From: Lingula anatina
Lineage: Eukaryota; Animalia; Brachiopoda
Assembly: GCA_051362555.1 (NCBI GenBank)
Contig: CM120647.1
Span: 16,840,651 to 16,904,650 of the forward strand
DNA: 64,000 nucleotides
Direction: 5' to 3'
In this document: positions 26,419-40,434 of the stretch, piece after piece
Position numbering within the stretch: the first letter of the stretch is position 1
How the letters are laid out: each line of letters begins with the position of its first letter
Position numbers and translations under genes: made by a program
The notes under the pieces: model-generated
The model's input: the letters and a program-made list of their open reading frames with translations, nothing else
What the model was told of the DNA's origin: nothing
Database searches by the model: none

Positions 26419-27497
26419 ATGCTTTGTCGGTGGGTTCTCCTGATTGTGGTAGGTGTGCTGTGGATTCTGATCAACGTGTTGATAGGTGTGAAGAAAAAAA
26501 TATTAGATAAAGGTATGACTACTCTAGCCACTGTGAATAATAGCAATAACAACAACAGCAATTATAATGATGGTGTCTAATACAAATGTCAATTTACTCA
26601 TGGCTACAATGTACATGGTAACTTAGGCAAATGTAATAATCTATTAACAGGAAACAGTTCGTGCATATAAAGTTTTCTATATGGATTTTTTCAGACTTGC
26701 AGACAGAGACAAAGCCTAAAGGACCTGTTGCAAGGGGTAAACTTATTGAAATCAACAACTTTACAATCGTCACAGGCGCGGATCACAAGTATTTTTCCCC
26801 GGCTCTCGTTAACCACGTCGGGTCATTCTGTTTCTGGGAACCAACTCTCAAAATCGTGGTGTGGGACCTCGGTTTGACCGCCAAAGAGGCGGAGACTGTG
26901 AAAAGCTGGTCCAGCGTGACGTATAGGAGGTTCCCCTTTGAAAGGTACCCCCCTCACTTTCGCAACCTGAAAAAGTACGCCTTCAAACCGGTCATTATTA
27001 AACAAATGGTCGATGAACTCGGGGCAGTGCTTTGGGTGGACGCCGGCAGCCACATTAGTGGAAGAATGAAAGAAATTATGACTTCTGTCTTTCAAAATGA
27101 TGGTTATATTTATGCTGGCGTGTGGGGAAATGGTGAAGTGACAAAATGGACACATCACGGAATGTTTGCATATTTCAATATTACCAAAGAACCCTATGTT
27201 GGAAAACAGTCGATCACTGGAAATTTAAACGGCTGGCTTAGACAAGGGGATATCTATGAGGAAATACTGATTCCATGGGCAAATTGCGCGTTACACGAAA
27301 ATTGTATCTCTCCCGTTGGATCAAGTTTGCAAAACCATAGATACGATCAAGCAGCCCTTTCGTTGTTGGGATACAGTTACATGTTTAGACATAATAAAAC
27401 CTTACATCTTCGTACATATTTATTGGACATAGTTTTGGAATCGAGAGGAAGGAATCGCACCTATATCAATTATGCACACGGATGTTATCTTACGTGA
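26419..27497 (+). CDS. DUF1647-like type II membrane protein, complete, ~298 aa; exons 26419-26512, 26695-27497
   Basis: Exon 1 MLCRWVLLIVVGVLWILINVLIGVKKKILDK is a signal anchor. A phase-1 GT..AG intron joins to D-LQTETK. Contains YAFKP, WVDAG and HRYDQ motifs. Confidence 0.88.
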
Positions 27498-28591
27498 AAG
27501 ACATAAGTATGGCAACATATAATTCTTCTAGTGAAACGAAAAAAATCTGTATTTTCCTGTTTGTTTTTTTCCTTTATGTTTTATTAATTACGGATTTTTT
27601 CCCTCAATCGAATTTTTTGTTAGCTTCATTTCATTTGATTGACACAATTCTGTTAAGGGCAAGTGTCAGGGGTATGTCACTCCAATATCATCGGGTGTGC
27701 CACTGAAGCAAAAATTCCTATGGGGTCACAGTGACCATGTGTAAAGTTAAATCAGTTACATCAAATAGAGTAGGGGATGGCGTGACTCCATTGGAGTCAA
27801 CTTGACTACAATTGGGAGTTTTTTAATAACATTTTTAAAACATTAGATAACATAACTGGGTCAACATAATCATTCTTGTGGGAACATAAAAAATGATAAT
27901 TTTATATGACATAATATTGGTGATATCAATTTTTAAGCAATTCTTTAAGGCGGATACACGTGCAGAAGTTCCATTTTGCAAATGTATCGCCTTTAAATTA
28001 TTTTTGGTATGCTACGCTAGACATTTATTGAGGGCCAATTTTCAATATAATATAATATAATATAATATAATATAATATAATATAATATAATATAATATAA
28101 TATAATTTTTGGAATAATTTTAATGAAGGTGTTATGGGTTATATGTAAAGCCAATGCAGGCATGTTGTTTTTAAGAACGTTGATAATTTTTGTTGTGTCT
28201 GCATTAAATTCCTTCTTTCACTATATATGGCCTGCTATTGCCCACGACACTCAATCAGCATAGCTTGTACGAGCCTTGACACAAAGGAATGGTCTTTTTC
28301 AAATCTCCTGGGTAAGGCGGGGCTACATATAGTGACGCTGGCATTTATTTGAAGAAAATGCTTTTATCGTCTATTTTGAAAAATTGAATAATCTATTTCT
28401 TCACTTACTGGGTGAATAAAGTGAGTTGTCTTTACTACCTATGAAACTGCTATTTGGGGATTAAACACAGTGTTATGCTATGTGATTAACAATTCTCTGT
28501 TTTAAAAACTCATTATGTAGCGCATATTTTCTGGCACTGGATACTTTTGGTTTTTAAAATGTATTTATCTACCGCGCATGCGAATAAAGAA

Positions 28592-28673
28592 AGATGAATC
28601 GAGGCACCGACCTGAATTTGGTGAAGTCAAAAAATTATTTTCTTTTGTTCTACGCTACTTATGGTTCGAAGGA

Positions 28674-28737
<64 letters not shown>

Positions 28738-29896
28738 ACAGATATAATCGACTGCTTTCATGGCCACGTGTAGTGTCAGCGAAAAAATATCTTGTACACA
28801 CACAGGGAAAAAGGACGTGAGAAAAGTACAGGTCATCGATCATTTTGCAAAAGAAAAAAGTTTTCATGTACAGTGTTAACGAAAGGTGTATCATACCATT
28901 ACTAACAAAATAACTTGGATATGAAAACCGATAGTGCAAGGATGTATTTTACAGGAGGTTATACAGTGTTCCTCGGGAAGATTCTAGATCTCCAATCGTA
29001 AAATATATATAAACAAAATTACAGCAGTTTCACAAGATCAAGATTACCACCAATGATGAAATTTGAAATATTGATCATGACTAATATGCCACGCCTGCAA
29101 ACACTTCTTGAAGGATCATTTTTACTAAACGGCTTCACCAGTCGTGTACTTTGAATATTTGTTATGCACGCCTAGATTTGAAAAAAAAAAATGGTTACGT
29201 TTCAATAAAGAAAGATCAACTGTGAATTTCGTTTTGAGTTTTGTTTTGTTTTTAATGTGATAATAACTTGTTACCTTACACACATCTCAAAAAGTTTGTT
29301 CTTATAACATTTTAGTTTTAACCTAAGGTGCTATGGGCGATAGCAACATGTACAAGAAAGTATAACTTTATTGAATTTTAATGAAAACTTTTTGATTCGA
29401 AACAATGTAAAAGTTGGTGACATTTTTATCCACAATAAATCTAGGGTCGGATGGAGGCAACCTTCTGGGTCTAACGTAATGTTCTCTTTTGACAGCACAG
29501 TAGGTTTGTTCAATCACCAACGTACCAGTATTATCCGTCTCACATATGACAGATTATTGCCAGATTCCCTAGTTGATTACCTCACGTTTTATGTCAAATA
29601 AGGGACGAAGCGTCGCGGTAGCCAATCACGTGCTCACACGTCATCAGTCCCCCAAAAGTAGGTTGAGCGAAGGTAATGCATGTAGAAAACCCTGCAGTTC
29701 TTTACGCTAATGACAGTGCATTTCTACATGCACCAGTTGCCCCTGTATGGACTGCACAGATGTATATATTGAGGTTCAGGTGCCGCAGGATTATCATTTA
29801 GTACTAGGGAAGATATAGAAAATGTTGTCTCTCTCTCTCTCTGCCTTTCTTTCTCACAACTCTCTCGTTTTATGTGTGTGTGTGTGTGTGTGTGAG

Positions 29897-29941
<45 letters not shown>

Positions 29942-30232
29942 AGGAGGGAAAAGAGAGAAAAATAGTTCTATATAGCTACCTTTCTTTTTATTTCCAGGTA
30001 GAAAAGATTAACCTAAAAAGAACAAAGACAATTTAAGTGTTAGAATTTGCTTAATAAATCAATATACAGTCCCTTTACAACAATACCTCACCTGGGATTG
30101 GGATTGTGAAAGATGTGACAACCTTTATATCCATACTCATTCCCTTATATTCCACTCCAGTCAAATATTTACATAAAATATTAAAATACTATTGGGCTGA
30201 AACACATCCAAGTTTTGAATGCTACAATTTAC

Positions 30233-30269
<37 letters not shown>

Positions 30270-31940
30270 AAAAATGGGGTAGCGAGACATCATTTTAACT
30301 TACAGACACACAAAATGTACATGTCATTAAATGAAAAATCTGTGTGTGACTAAGTTGTTGCCTTTATATTCTGCCTTTATATTCTCGCCGCTTTGTTTCC
30401 AGTTCTATCTCTACCTTATTCTATCTCTAGCGGCCTTCTCCTTCGTTTACATGTCAATCCACTCAGTTCCTCTACAAGACGCTCCTTATTCACTCATGGC
30501 TGTCAATCACTAATGTTACATGGGATAGGGTTTTGTTTATAACATATTTCGTCTTTTTCGAAAAGATACAAATTATTACCAAAGAACACATAGTGATTAC
30601 GAAATGAACCTTTCGAATGGAACATGTACTATATATCAATTTCATCTTACTTGAATATTTAAATGTATGAACGGCTTTTCATTATGTAAATCCGATACGA
30701 CAGATGCCAAGGGTGTGTTTTGGGAGTGCCAATCATACAACCCGCATATTATGTAAGTCTAATGTGTTCACTGTATTAAGATAATAAAACATACATGAAT
30801 ATATAGACTGGTTTCACAGTAAGAATTAAGTAATAGGGAACGGGTCTTCTCAACACTGCCATGTGTGCCGAACTTGTATATGAAATTCCCTCTTAAGAGA
30901 AAAAAAAAACAAGTTAAGCTAGGCTACAAAATAGGCAATGACATTAGACACTTTAATCTTGCTGTACCTAAACGCGACCCGATGATTCCAAGACTTGATC
31001 TCTCAGACTTGACAACATTGTATTGCACAGAGAAAAGCAGAGAGCAGAAAGCACAGAGACAAGCACTCCACTGTAGGTTATTATGTCGACCGGCCATCGT
31101 TTTATTGGTCACAAACCGTTTCCACATATTCTGAAGTCCCCAATCTCGCAACTCCGTCTTCTCCATCCTCTAATGTAAACTTCTATACAGTCTTCTTATA
31201 AATAGATTAGTAGGTATTTGTCAAGCTATTTTGTGGAACTCACAGTCTTGTTAATCGCTCTTAATTACCGGGTAGATGGTCAATTATTTTTAAATTTAAT
31301 TCATTTAATCTCTTAAAAGAGATACACATGGGGGCCTCCAGGTGTCGTGAACGATATTAAACCTGACTGCATTATAAAATACTGAAGACCTGCCGGACGC
31401 GACGCTAAGGCTGGGTCTTTGCACAAATCGTGAATCATCTTCAAGTATGAGCTTTATATTAATATAAGCAAGTTAACCAGAACTATATATAATTTAAAAT
31501 ACACCAAAAGATCTTTAGTTGATAGAATGCATAAATCTTTTGCTGACTCTTTAGAATTCTTAAGAGGCCGGCTTGTTTATGTTTAAAAACTCACCGAGAT
31601 GTCTTTTCATATCAGTGAAAAAGTGCTATATTATATTTCATTTAATAGATTACCTTTCTTGGCACAGAAACAGTGTCGTTTTTGCAGGACTGCGCATGCC
31701 CCAAGCTCCAATCTTACCCGCATCATATTTAAAATCAAACAGCAATCACAAACATACTTGTAATCATTGGAAGATCAAGGTAAGATTGCCATATCTTTCT
31801 CGTATATCATTATCTTTAACATGTTTTTTCGTAGCAACATGCACACTGCCGTTCTGGAGGTAATTACATGGTGCAATGTTTTTTTTTTCTTTTCATTAAA
31901 TTATATATCATTTATGTTTTTATGTAATTTGCGAGAAATT
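28592..31940. repeat. Internal duplicated block (partner 20180-23340)
   Basis: Collinear similarity with the partner block. Carries an expanded poly-A at ~28677-28733. Confidence 0.88.
29634..29803 (-). pseudogene. Degenerate D8C last exon (second copy)
   Basis: Shares the same lesions as 21216-21385. Confidence 0.8.
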
Positions 31941-32577
31941 TGAAGAAGGAAAAATCATATATGAGGCGTGTATGTATGTAGTTTTTTTTGATCGACTTTG
32001 TCACTGAATATTAAAAAAGGGGTGGGGGTGGGCCTGAAAATACACATACTTTACAATTTAGGTTCCTTACAAAATGTATAGATACGGTAAAAATTTAATG
32101 TAGATGTAAAATTGAGACAGCCGTAGTTTTTTTGTTCTATTCACCTATACATGTATGTTTTAAAAACGTATACAACTTCGGATTAATTCAATTTTCCTTT
32201 TCGAACATGTTCGAGCTAATTCGAGCATGTGAAATGCACCTCTATATTGGGTTTGGATGTTATGTCAGATTAGTGCTGCTACGACCGAGCAAATACCAGC
32301 AAATACCAGTAAATATTGATTAGAGATATTGTGTGAAGCAGTGCTGTCTCATATGCGTAGCAATCCATCATGTCTTGGTCATATTTAAGTCAACAGAGGT
32401 GTTATGTCGGACATGACAAAGTATCAAGCAACAAATCCTAGTCCCAAAAGAGGTGCCACCGGACATTTTTCCATGTACTCAGGTTATAGGCTATATGCTT
32501 ACTTGCATTATGTCTTCCTTTTATTTCAAGGTTACAAAGATTAGCTGAAACGGAACAAAACCAACTGAATCATAAGG

Positions 32578-35444
32578 ATGCGGTGTCAGTGGGTTCTCCT
32601 GATTGTGGTAGGTGTGCCGTGGATTGTGCACAACGGGGTGATAGGTGTGAAGAAAAAGGTATTAGATAAAGGTAAGCCTACTCTACCCATTGCGAATAAT
32701 AGCAATAACAACAAACAAAAACAAAAATAATAATGACGATGATGATAATGCCACCCCTCCCTCTCTCCCCTATCGCCATGCAGTGGTGTAATATACAACA
32801 TTGGTCAAAAAGGTTGTCTCACCCCCATTTCCATGTACTTTTATTTACAAATGATCACCTCACAGATGTAATTTGTTATAAAGGTTCCTTTTATTCCAGA
32901 TACCATTTCTAACACGATTAATAGTTTAAACAAATACAAAACAGTGGTGAAAATATGTACATTTGTACCATTTAGTCAAATTTATAACAGGTACCCCCTC
33001 AAATCCAATGTTTCACTGTGATTTGTACAGATGTAAAGAAATGTCTATTAAATTGAAAAGACGCCACCAAATGTCACCAAATTTACAAGCAATTAGCATT
33101 AGGGTGTGCTCATTAAAGGTCACGTGCCTAATAGCGAGTGCGACTACCGTGTACTGCAATTATCTCCTGTAGATAAGCGCGACAAGCCTTCAACACGGGT
33201 AACCATTCTGTTTGGTGGGATATTGTCCTATTCATATTAAAAAGCGAGACGGAATTGGTTCAGATTAGTTGGGAATTGGTTCTCCTCTGCAATGATCATT
33301 CCAATTAATGCCACAGGTGCTCAATAGGATAAATATTAGGACTCAAAGACTGTTGTCCCATCCTCAGAGCCTTGTGTTTCTGCAACAAATCGCTTGCCAG
33401 ACGAGAACTTTGAGCTTGTGCGTTGTTACAATGAAGCCTGCAGCATCCCTGAAGTCACCTCTTGCAAATGTAGTTAGCTATCTGTTGAGAATGTTACAGT
33501 AAAATGCCAAAGTTACGTTTTGTTCCAAAAGGAACAATGTAGTAATACCATGGGCTTGTAATGTTCTCCAGATGCGGACTGATCTAACACCTCAGGCAAT
33601 ATTATCCTGCACACACCTTTCCAAGAGGCATTTTTCAACATGTCTGTGGACCCTCATTTGACCATCGATGAGATACAAGAAATAACTTGATTCTGCATCA
33701 AGTGATGGATTTCTACGATCAGATGCTTGTGGGATCAATGAACGTAGCATTCTTAGCAGATATCTCACTCCATCTTCAAGAACTGACTTATGGGTAAACT
33801 CAAGGCTTCATCATGACGGCAAACTTGCTCACACTTCTCGCCTGGCAAGTGATTTGTTGTAGAAACACAATGCTTTAAGGATGTACCCACCATCTTTGAT
33901 CCCTGATATTAACCTTACTAATCAACTGTGACATTAATTAAAGTGTGAATTGCAGAGGAGACCCAATTCCATAAAAGCGTGGACCATTTCCCCCAAATTG
34001 TTTAAGAAGAATGGGACAATATCTCACAAAACAGAACTGTTACCCGTGCTGAAGGCTTGGCGCGCCATCTACAGGAGATAATTGCAGTACGTGGTACATG
34101 TAGCCGCACTCACTATTAGGCACGTGACTTTTAACGAGCACACCCTATGCTAATTGTGTGTAAATTGGGTGACATTTGATGGCGTCTTTTGAATTTAATA
34201 GACATTTCTTTACATCTGTTGAAATCACAGTGAAATATTGGATTTGAAGGGGTACCTGTTATAAAATTTACTTAGTGGTATAAAATTTGTATACTTTCAC
34301 CACTATTTTATATTTTTTGAACCCTTAATCGTGTTAGACACGGTATCTGGAATACAAAGCACTTTTTCTAACAATTTACATATAACATTTGTAAATAAAA
34401 GTAAATGGAAATGGGGGTGGGACAACCTTTTTGACCAATGTTGTACTGTATATTCACTTTCCCCCATTTGGTGATCTGCAAATTAGCCGGTACATACGAG
34501 ATACTTTTTGTTTCTCTAATACCAACGTATAGCTATTGTGTACACGCAACTTAGGCAAATCTAATAATCTGTTTAGAGGTAACAGTTGGCACATATACGT
34601 CATGAGAAATAAGGTACCCATGTGGATTTTTTCAGACTTGCAGACAGAGACAAAGCCTAAAGGACCTGTTGCAAGGGGTAAACTTATTGAAATCAACAAC
34701 TTTACAATCGTCACAGGCGCCAATCACAGGTATTTTTCCCCGGCTCTCGTTAACCACGTCGGATCATTCTGTTTCTGGGAACCAACTCTCAAAATCGTGG
34801 TGTGGGACCTCGGTTTGACAGCCAAAGAGGCGGAGACTGTGAAAGGCTGGTCCAGCGTGACGTATAGGAGGTTCCCCTTTGAAAGGTACCCCCCTCACTT
34901 TCGCAACCTGCACACGTACGCCTTCAAACCGGTCATTATTAAACAAATGGTCGATGAACTCGGGGCAGTGCTTTGGGTGGACGCCGGCAGCCACATTAGT
35001 GGAAGAATGAAAGAAATAATAATTTCTCTTTTTCAAAAAGATGGTTATGTTTATTCCGGCTTACGTGGAAATGGTGCGGTGACAAAATTAGCTCATCCTG
35101 GAATGTTCACATATTTTAACATCACAATAGGACCCTATGGAAAGGGGTCTATCAGTGGAAATCTAAACGGCTGGCTTAGACAAGGGGATATCTATGAGGA
35201 AATACTGGTTCCATGGGCAAATTGTGCGTTACACGAAAATTGTATCTCTCCAGTTGGATCCAGTTTGGGAAACAACAGAAACGATCAAACAGCCCTTTCT
35301 TTGTTGGGATACAGTTACATGTTTAGACATAACAAAACCTTACATCTTCGTACATATTTATTAGATATTGTTAATCCACCTAGAGGACACAATCGAGCCT
35401 ATATAAATTATGCACAGGGATGTAATATTTCGTGGATAACGTAA
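32578..35444 (+). CDS. DUF1647-like type II membrane protein, ~300 aa; exons 32578-32671, 34636-35444
   Basis: Exon 1 MRCQWVLLIVVGVPWIVHNGVIGVKKKVLDK|gtaag and acceptor ttttttcag at 34627-34635. Exon 2 is near-identical to 21-829. Confidence 0.85.
32796..34443. mobile_element. Non-autonomous Tc1/mariner-like element with ~0.5-kb inverted repeats, TA TSD, in the DUF1647 intron
   Basis: ta|caacattggtcaaaaaggttgtc ... gacaacctttttgaccaatgttg|ta. Inverted similarity extends over ~32796-33320 versus ~33925-34443. Confidence 0.88.
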
Positions 35445-35656
35445 CTGGATCAACATGATCATTCTAGTGGGGAAAATATTGGAAACATTTTATATGATGT
35501 AATCTTGGTGAGATGAGTTTTAAAGCAATTCTTTAAGATGGATACACTCCCAGAGGTTCAATATTACAAATGTATTGGCTTTTTACAATACTTGCTTTCC
35601 TACGCTAGACACTTATCAAGGGCCTATTTTCAATTTAAATATATATATATATATAT

Positions 35657-36975
35657 ATATGGGGACAAAAGTATTGCACAATTTTTCTTCAAGGGGAACA
35701 ACAGATGTATATATATTTTTTTTTTCAATTGCTATTTTATTGAAAACTGATTGCGTCAAGTGAGTATCTTTATCTTAAGTGTACAGAACAGTGCATTGCC
35801 CTTACATAGCACATGCTATTATATCAGAATTGATATTTTGTAGGATAGCCACGTGACCTCAATATGGCCACCATCCTTCTAGGTATAGACTGATAAAGGT
35901 TCATTAATCTTCTGGGGGCTATGTTGGCCCAGGCCCTGAATACACTTTGGATTAGGGCGTTTCTGTTAAATCCTTTGCCATCTCATTTCCAATATCTTGC
36001 CATATGTTTTCAATAGGGCTTGCGTCTGGCGGTTGGGCAGGCCATTTCACCCTGTTGAAACCGTGCTGGTAACGCCTCTCTTGCACTGCCCTTGCCCTGT
36101 GTGGTGTAGCGTTATCATCTTGAATTATTGTCCGACGGTTCCTGTCCCCAAATATATTTTCTACCAATGCTAAAAGGTGCTGGTCGAGAATTTCAGTGTA
36201 TCGCTGGTCATTCAAGTTTCCATTTATCAACACAAGCTCATCAATACCGTAGAAACCAGTGCACTCAAACCATTATTGAAGTGGATTGTCTAGCGAGGAA
36301 ATGCATATTCTCTGGCAGATGACAAGTGAGTAATGCTGTCCAAACCCTCACTTGCCCAGCCACGTTGTGAACTGTGAATATGGACCAGTCAGAAAAAAAC
36401 AAAATGGCGCCAATTCTGACCCACTGTCCAGGCAATGTTTCTTGCAGCCCATGACACTCTTCTGCGTCTGTTTACCAAGGTGATTAGTGGCTTCCTCTCG
36501 GCAACCCTGCTGTGCATACCTGAAACATTGAGCCATTGTACAGTTCTTTTGCTAACATCAACCTGCAAAGTGCGCGACCACTGCAAAGTTTATATCCTGC
36601 ACGGCTCAAACATCCTAAGCATTGACAGTATAAAAAGGCACCTGTCGTCTCTGGTTTTAGTCTTCCTTAGGCGGCCACTTGTTGTAACTTATGGGCATCA
36701 CCAGTTTTCTCCATCATTCTGCAAACCCTATACACAGTCTGACGAGATACACCATATCTTGCAGCTATCTGGGTAACACTGATGCCCTCCTCCCTCAGAG
36801 AAACAATGCCATTTCTTTCTCCATTTGTGAGCTCCCGTCCCTTCACCATGATGGCAACATGACAGCTATGGCTTACCTTCAGGGCACCCTTTATAGTATA
36901 GCTCATCACTGGTAAATCGAGAAATAAACCGAAAAAACGTTGAACTGACGCCCCCCCCCCCCCCCCCCCCCGTGT
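35657..36975 (-). mobile_element. Degenerate Tc1/mariner transposon, copy B
   Basis: Near-identical to 1045-2350. The HTH region MVKGRELT...QIAARYGVSRQTVYRV is in frame here. Confidence 0.85.
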
Positions 36976-37180
36976 CACATAGAGCTTTATATCACTATAA
37001 GAAAGTTATCCAGAACTATATTTATATAATTAAAGATACACCAAAAAATCTTTAGTTGATAGAATGCATAAATATTTTGCTGACTCTTTACAATTCTTTA
37101 GAGGCCGGCTTGTTTATGTTTAAAAACTCCCTGAGAGGTCTTTGTACATCAGTGAAAAAGTACTATATTATATTTTATGA

Positions 37181-37477
37181 GGAAAACAGTCGATCAAGGG
37201 GGTTTAAACGGCTGGCTTAGACAAGGGGATATCTATCTATGAAATACTGGTTCTATGGGCAAATTGTGCTTTACACGAAAATTGTATCTCTCCCGTTGGA
37301 TCCAGTTTTCAAAACCATCGATACGATCAAGCATCCCTTTCGTTTTTGGGATACAGTTACATGTTTAGACATAACAAAACCTTACATCTTCGTACATATT
37401 TATTGGACATAGTTTTGGAATCGAGAGGAAGGAATTAGACCTATATCAATTATGCTCACGGATGTTATCTTACGTGA
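37181..37477 (+). pseudogene. 3' fragment of a DUF1647-like paralogue, copy B
   Basis: Same deletion junction as 2559-2849. Confidence 0.85.
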
Positions 37478-38216
37478 ATGACATAAGTTTGGCAACAAAT
37501 AATCTTTCCAGTGAAAAGAAAAAAAATCTGTATTTTCCTATTTGTTTTTTCCTTTAAGTTTTATTGATTACGTTTTTCCCCTTTAATTGTATTCTTTGTT
37601 TGCTGCATTTTATTTGATTGACACAATTCTGTTAAGAGCGAGTGTCAGGGGTATGTCACTCCAGTATCATCGGGTGTGCCATTGAGGCAAAAATTCCTAT
37701 GGGGTCACAGCGACCATATATAAAGTTTAATCAGTTGCATCAAGTTTCTAAGAGCTAAATAATTTTTCTACGTGTCTGCATTATATTCTTTCGTCCACTA
37801 TATATGCCCTGCCATTGCCACAATATTCAAATAAGCACATTACATATACGAGCTAAGACAAGAGGCAATTATCTGTTTTTCTTTTCTCGTGGGTTATGTG
37901 GTGTTTGTTCTTACATGTACAATTTATTAGTTTAATTTTTATGTGCCATGGGGGATATCAAAATATACAAAATAATGGAATTTTATTTTATAATTTGAAC
38001 ACTATTTGATGCAAAACATAAAGGTTGGTGGAACTTTTTTCCACAACAAAACATGACGTCATGTCCTCATTTGACATCAAACAGTAGTTTTTCAATCACC
38101 AAAGTAACAATATTACACACAGCGCATTTGACCGATTACTGCTAGTTTCCCCTAATTGATGACGCCACGTTTTATGCCTAATAAGGGACGAGGCGTTGCG
38201 CTAGCCAGTCAGGTGC

Positions 38217-38498
38217 TCACACGTCATCAGTCCCACAGTAGGCGGAGCAAAAGTAGGTGGAGCGAAGGTAATACACGTAGAAGTCCCCGCAGTTCTTGAC
38301 GCTGATGATAGGGTCTTTCTGCATGCAGCAGTTGCCCCTGTATGAGCTGCATATGTTGCGTTCCACCACGCCTTCTTCCACGGTTGGCAAGGTTCCCTTC
38401 ATCCACAGCGAGGCCCAGGTGCCGCAGGAGTATCCTTTGGGACACTACGGAAACAAGGAAAATGGTTTACGAACTCTCTCTCTCTCTCTCACTCTCTC

Positions 38499-38581
<83 letters not shown>

Positions 38582-39451
38582 GAGAGAGAGGCAGACAGAG
38601 AGAAAGAGAGCATGTTTTGTAAAGCCAACGTGCGCTCTTTTGCAATTGTGTTTTCACCTTGGCATATTTTCACAAATCTTCTTTTCTTTCGTTGAGAAGC
38701 CTTGTTACATTAAGAGTGCGTTACGCCACTTCGCTCACCTCGGTCGCCATTCTGCTCCCGGCCTCTCCAGTGAACCTATACCACTGCTCCTTCCACCCGT
38801 GTAGGAGTTGGTCGCATCTTGCACTCGACATAGAGCGATACCTTGACCCGCGGGCCACGTTTCTACTGGCCGAGCTGAGTAGAGCGTGGCTGTCTGGCCG
38901 ACAGGGGTCCTCGACTACAATAAAGAAAATATGAATTTCGATAACTGATAAACAAACATTTTTTCAGTCAGTTTTTTACTTATGATTTTTGTCACTAACT
39001 TTGTCATCTCAATTAGTATTGTTGTTGTGCTTAAATTATTTTTCATATTTTGTACGCAGCAATGAGTTGCAAGTGTGACATGTTTTTAAAAAACCCTTTA
39101 CACTGGACGGCGTTTTTTTTGCCTTCATTGTGGACCATGAAACTGACATCACTTCGATCGTACATATAGAAAGGAGACACAAGCATGCCTCTGGTTGCAG
39201 AATGAATGCTCAATGATCGGCCATTTGTCGACGCGTGAAATATTTATTTTACTATCAAATGGGACAATACTACGAGACGCCGAAAGGACGCCGCCCGGTG
39301 TAAAGGGGGCTTAAGAAATGTTTATCATTATTGCAAGTAATTGCTCGTATCTTTGTGTTCATAATTTTTTGCGAAATACTGAACACTGGAACGATTTCAA
39401 ATTCACAGATATAAGCTTGCAATCTATTCTAATTTTAGCGAGTATTGTTAG

Positions 39452-39494
<43 letters not shown>

Positions 39495-39509
39495 GAGAGA
39501 GAGAGAGAA

Positions 39510-39552
<43 letters not shown>

Positions 39553-39646
39553 GGCGCAGTCTCCTACCGTCATCGGGTGCAGCGTATAGCCCGACTATCA
39601 ACCAAGCCCCAAATATAAGGTACACCAGAGAAGCTGCGGAACTCAT
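38217..39646 (-). CDS. Secreted D8C (UMOD/GP2/OIT3-type) protein, copy B; exons 39646-39568, 38914-38739, 38444-38217
   Basis: Same exon lengths (79/176/228 nt) and phases as copy A. Signal peptide MSSAASLVYLIFGAWLIVGLYA. Confidence 0.88.
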
Positions 39647-40284
39647 TCTCTATATCCTTTAACACCTTAAAAAAGAACATTATTTGGCGTCAATGGCATC
39701 TGCCGTACCATAGAAATCTGATTAACGCTTTTAAAACGCTGTAAGATTTTTATTCCTAAAAGGAAGCAAACATAATAGCGCACCTCGGTATTCAAAAGAT
39801 GGATGACTTGACCTGCCCCATATGCTCTGTGGTCTGATACTGTATATATAAAGAGAGTAAGAGCAATTTTCCACCAATTTATGGCCTAATATTTATGGCC
39901 TAGTAAATGTTCATATACATGTGTACACTGTCGATCTATGAACAAATGATCGTGCATAGAATACTATTTTCAGATAAAGCCATTGATGAAAATATAGAAT
40001 TTCACTTACTCGTGTAAATTCCCTTTCCGTACAGTAAAGAGTATTTGGCCACGGGAGCAAATGACTTTCTGTTTTTCCTGATGCCAGCAGTTGTCCTATC
40101 GGAACGCAGGGAAGCTTACCCTTGCAGTCTATTAACATTATGGCAGTTATAGAAACTTTAACAAACGGGGGTATCTTAAATGTATATGAAACCCAAAAAT
40201 ATCGTGGTGAGAGGCAGTTTTTGCTTTATCGCCGGTGATCAAACCACTTAGGCAGTAATTAAGTTGTAAAATGAAATCTATTAA

Positions 40285-40434
40285 CAGGGCCGTAGCCTGA
40301 GCAATATGCCAGGGGGGGCAGTAAGCGGACACGAGGGGGCGAAGCTACCGAGGGGGGAGGGTGTGGTGTGTAAAATTTCAAATTCCAGGGGGGGGCAGCT
40401 GCCCCCCCTGCCCCCCCCGTAGGCTACGGCCCTG
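40285..40434. mobile_element. 150-bp MITE, TIR CAGGGCCGTAGCCT, 5-bp TSD ATTAA
   Basis: The empty site atctATTAAcgaatg is in copy A (~6542-6556). ATTAA flanks both ends here. Confidence 0.88.
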
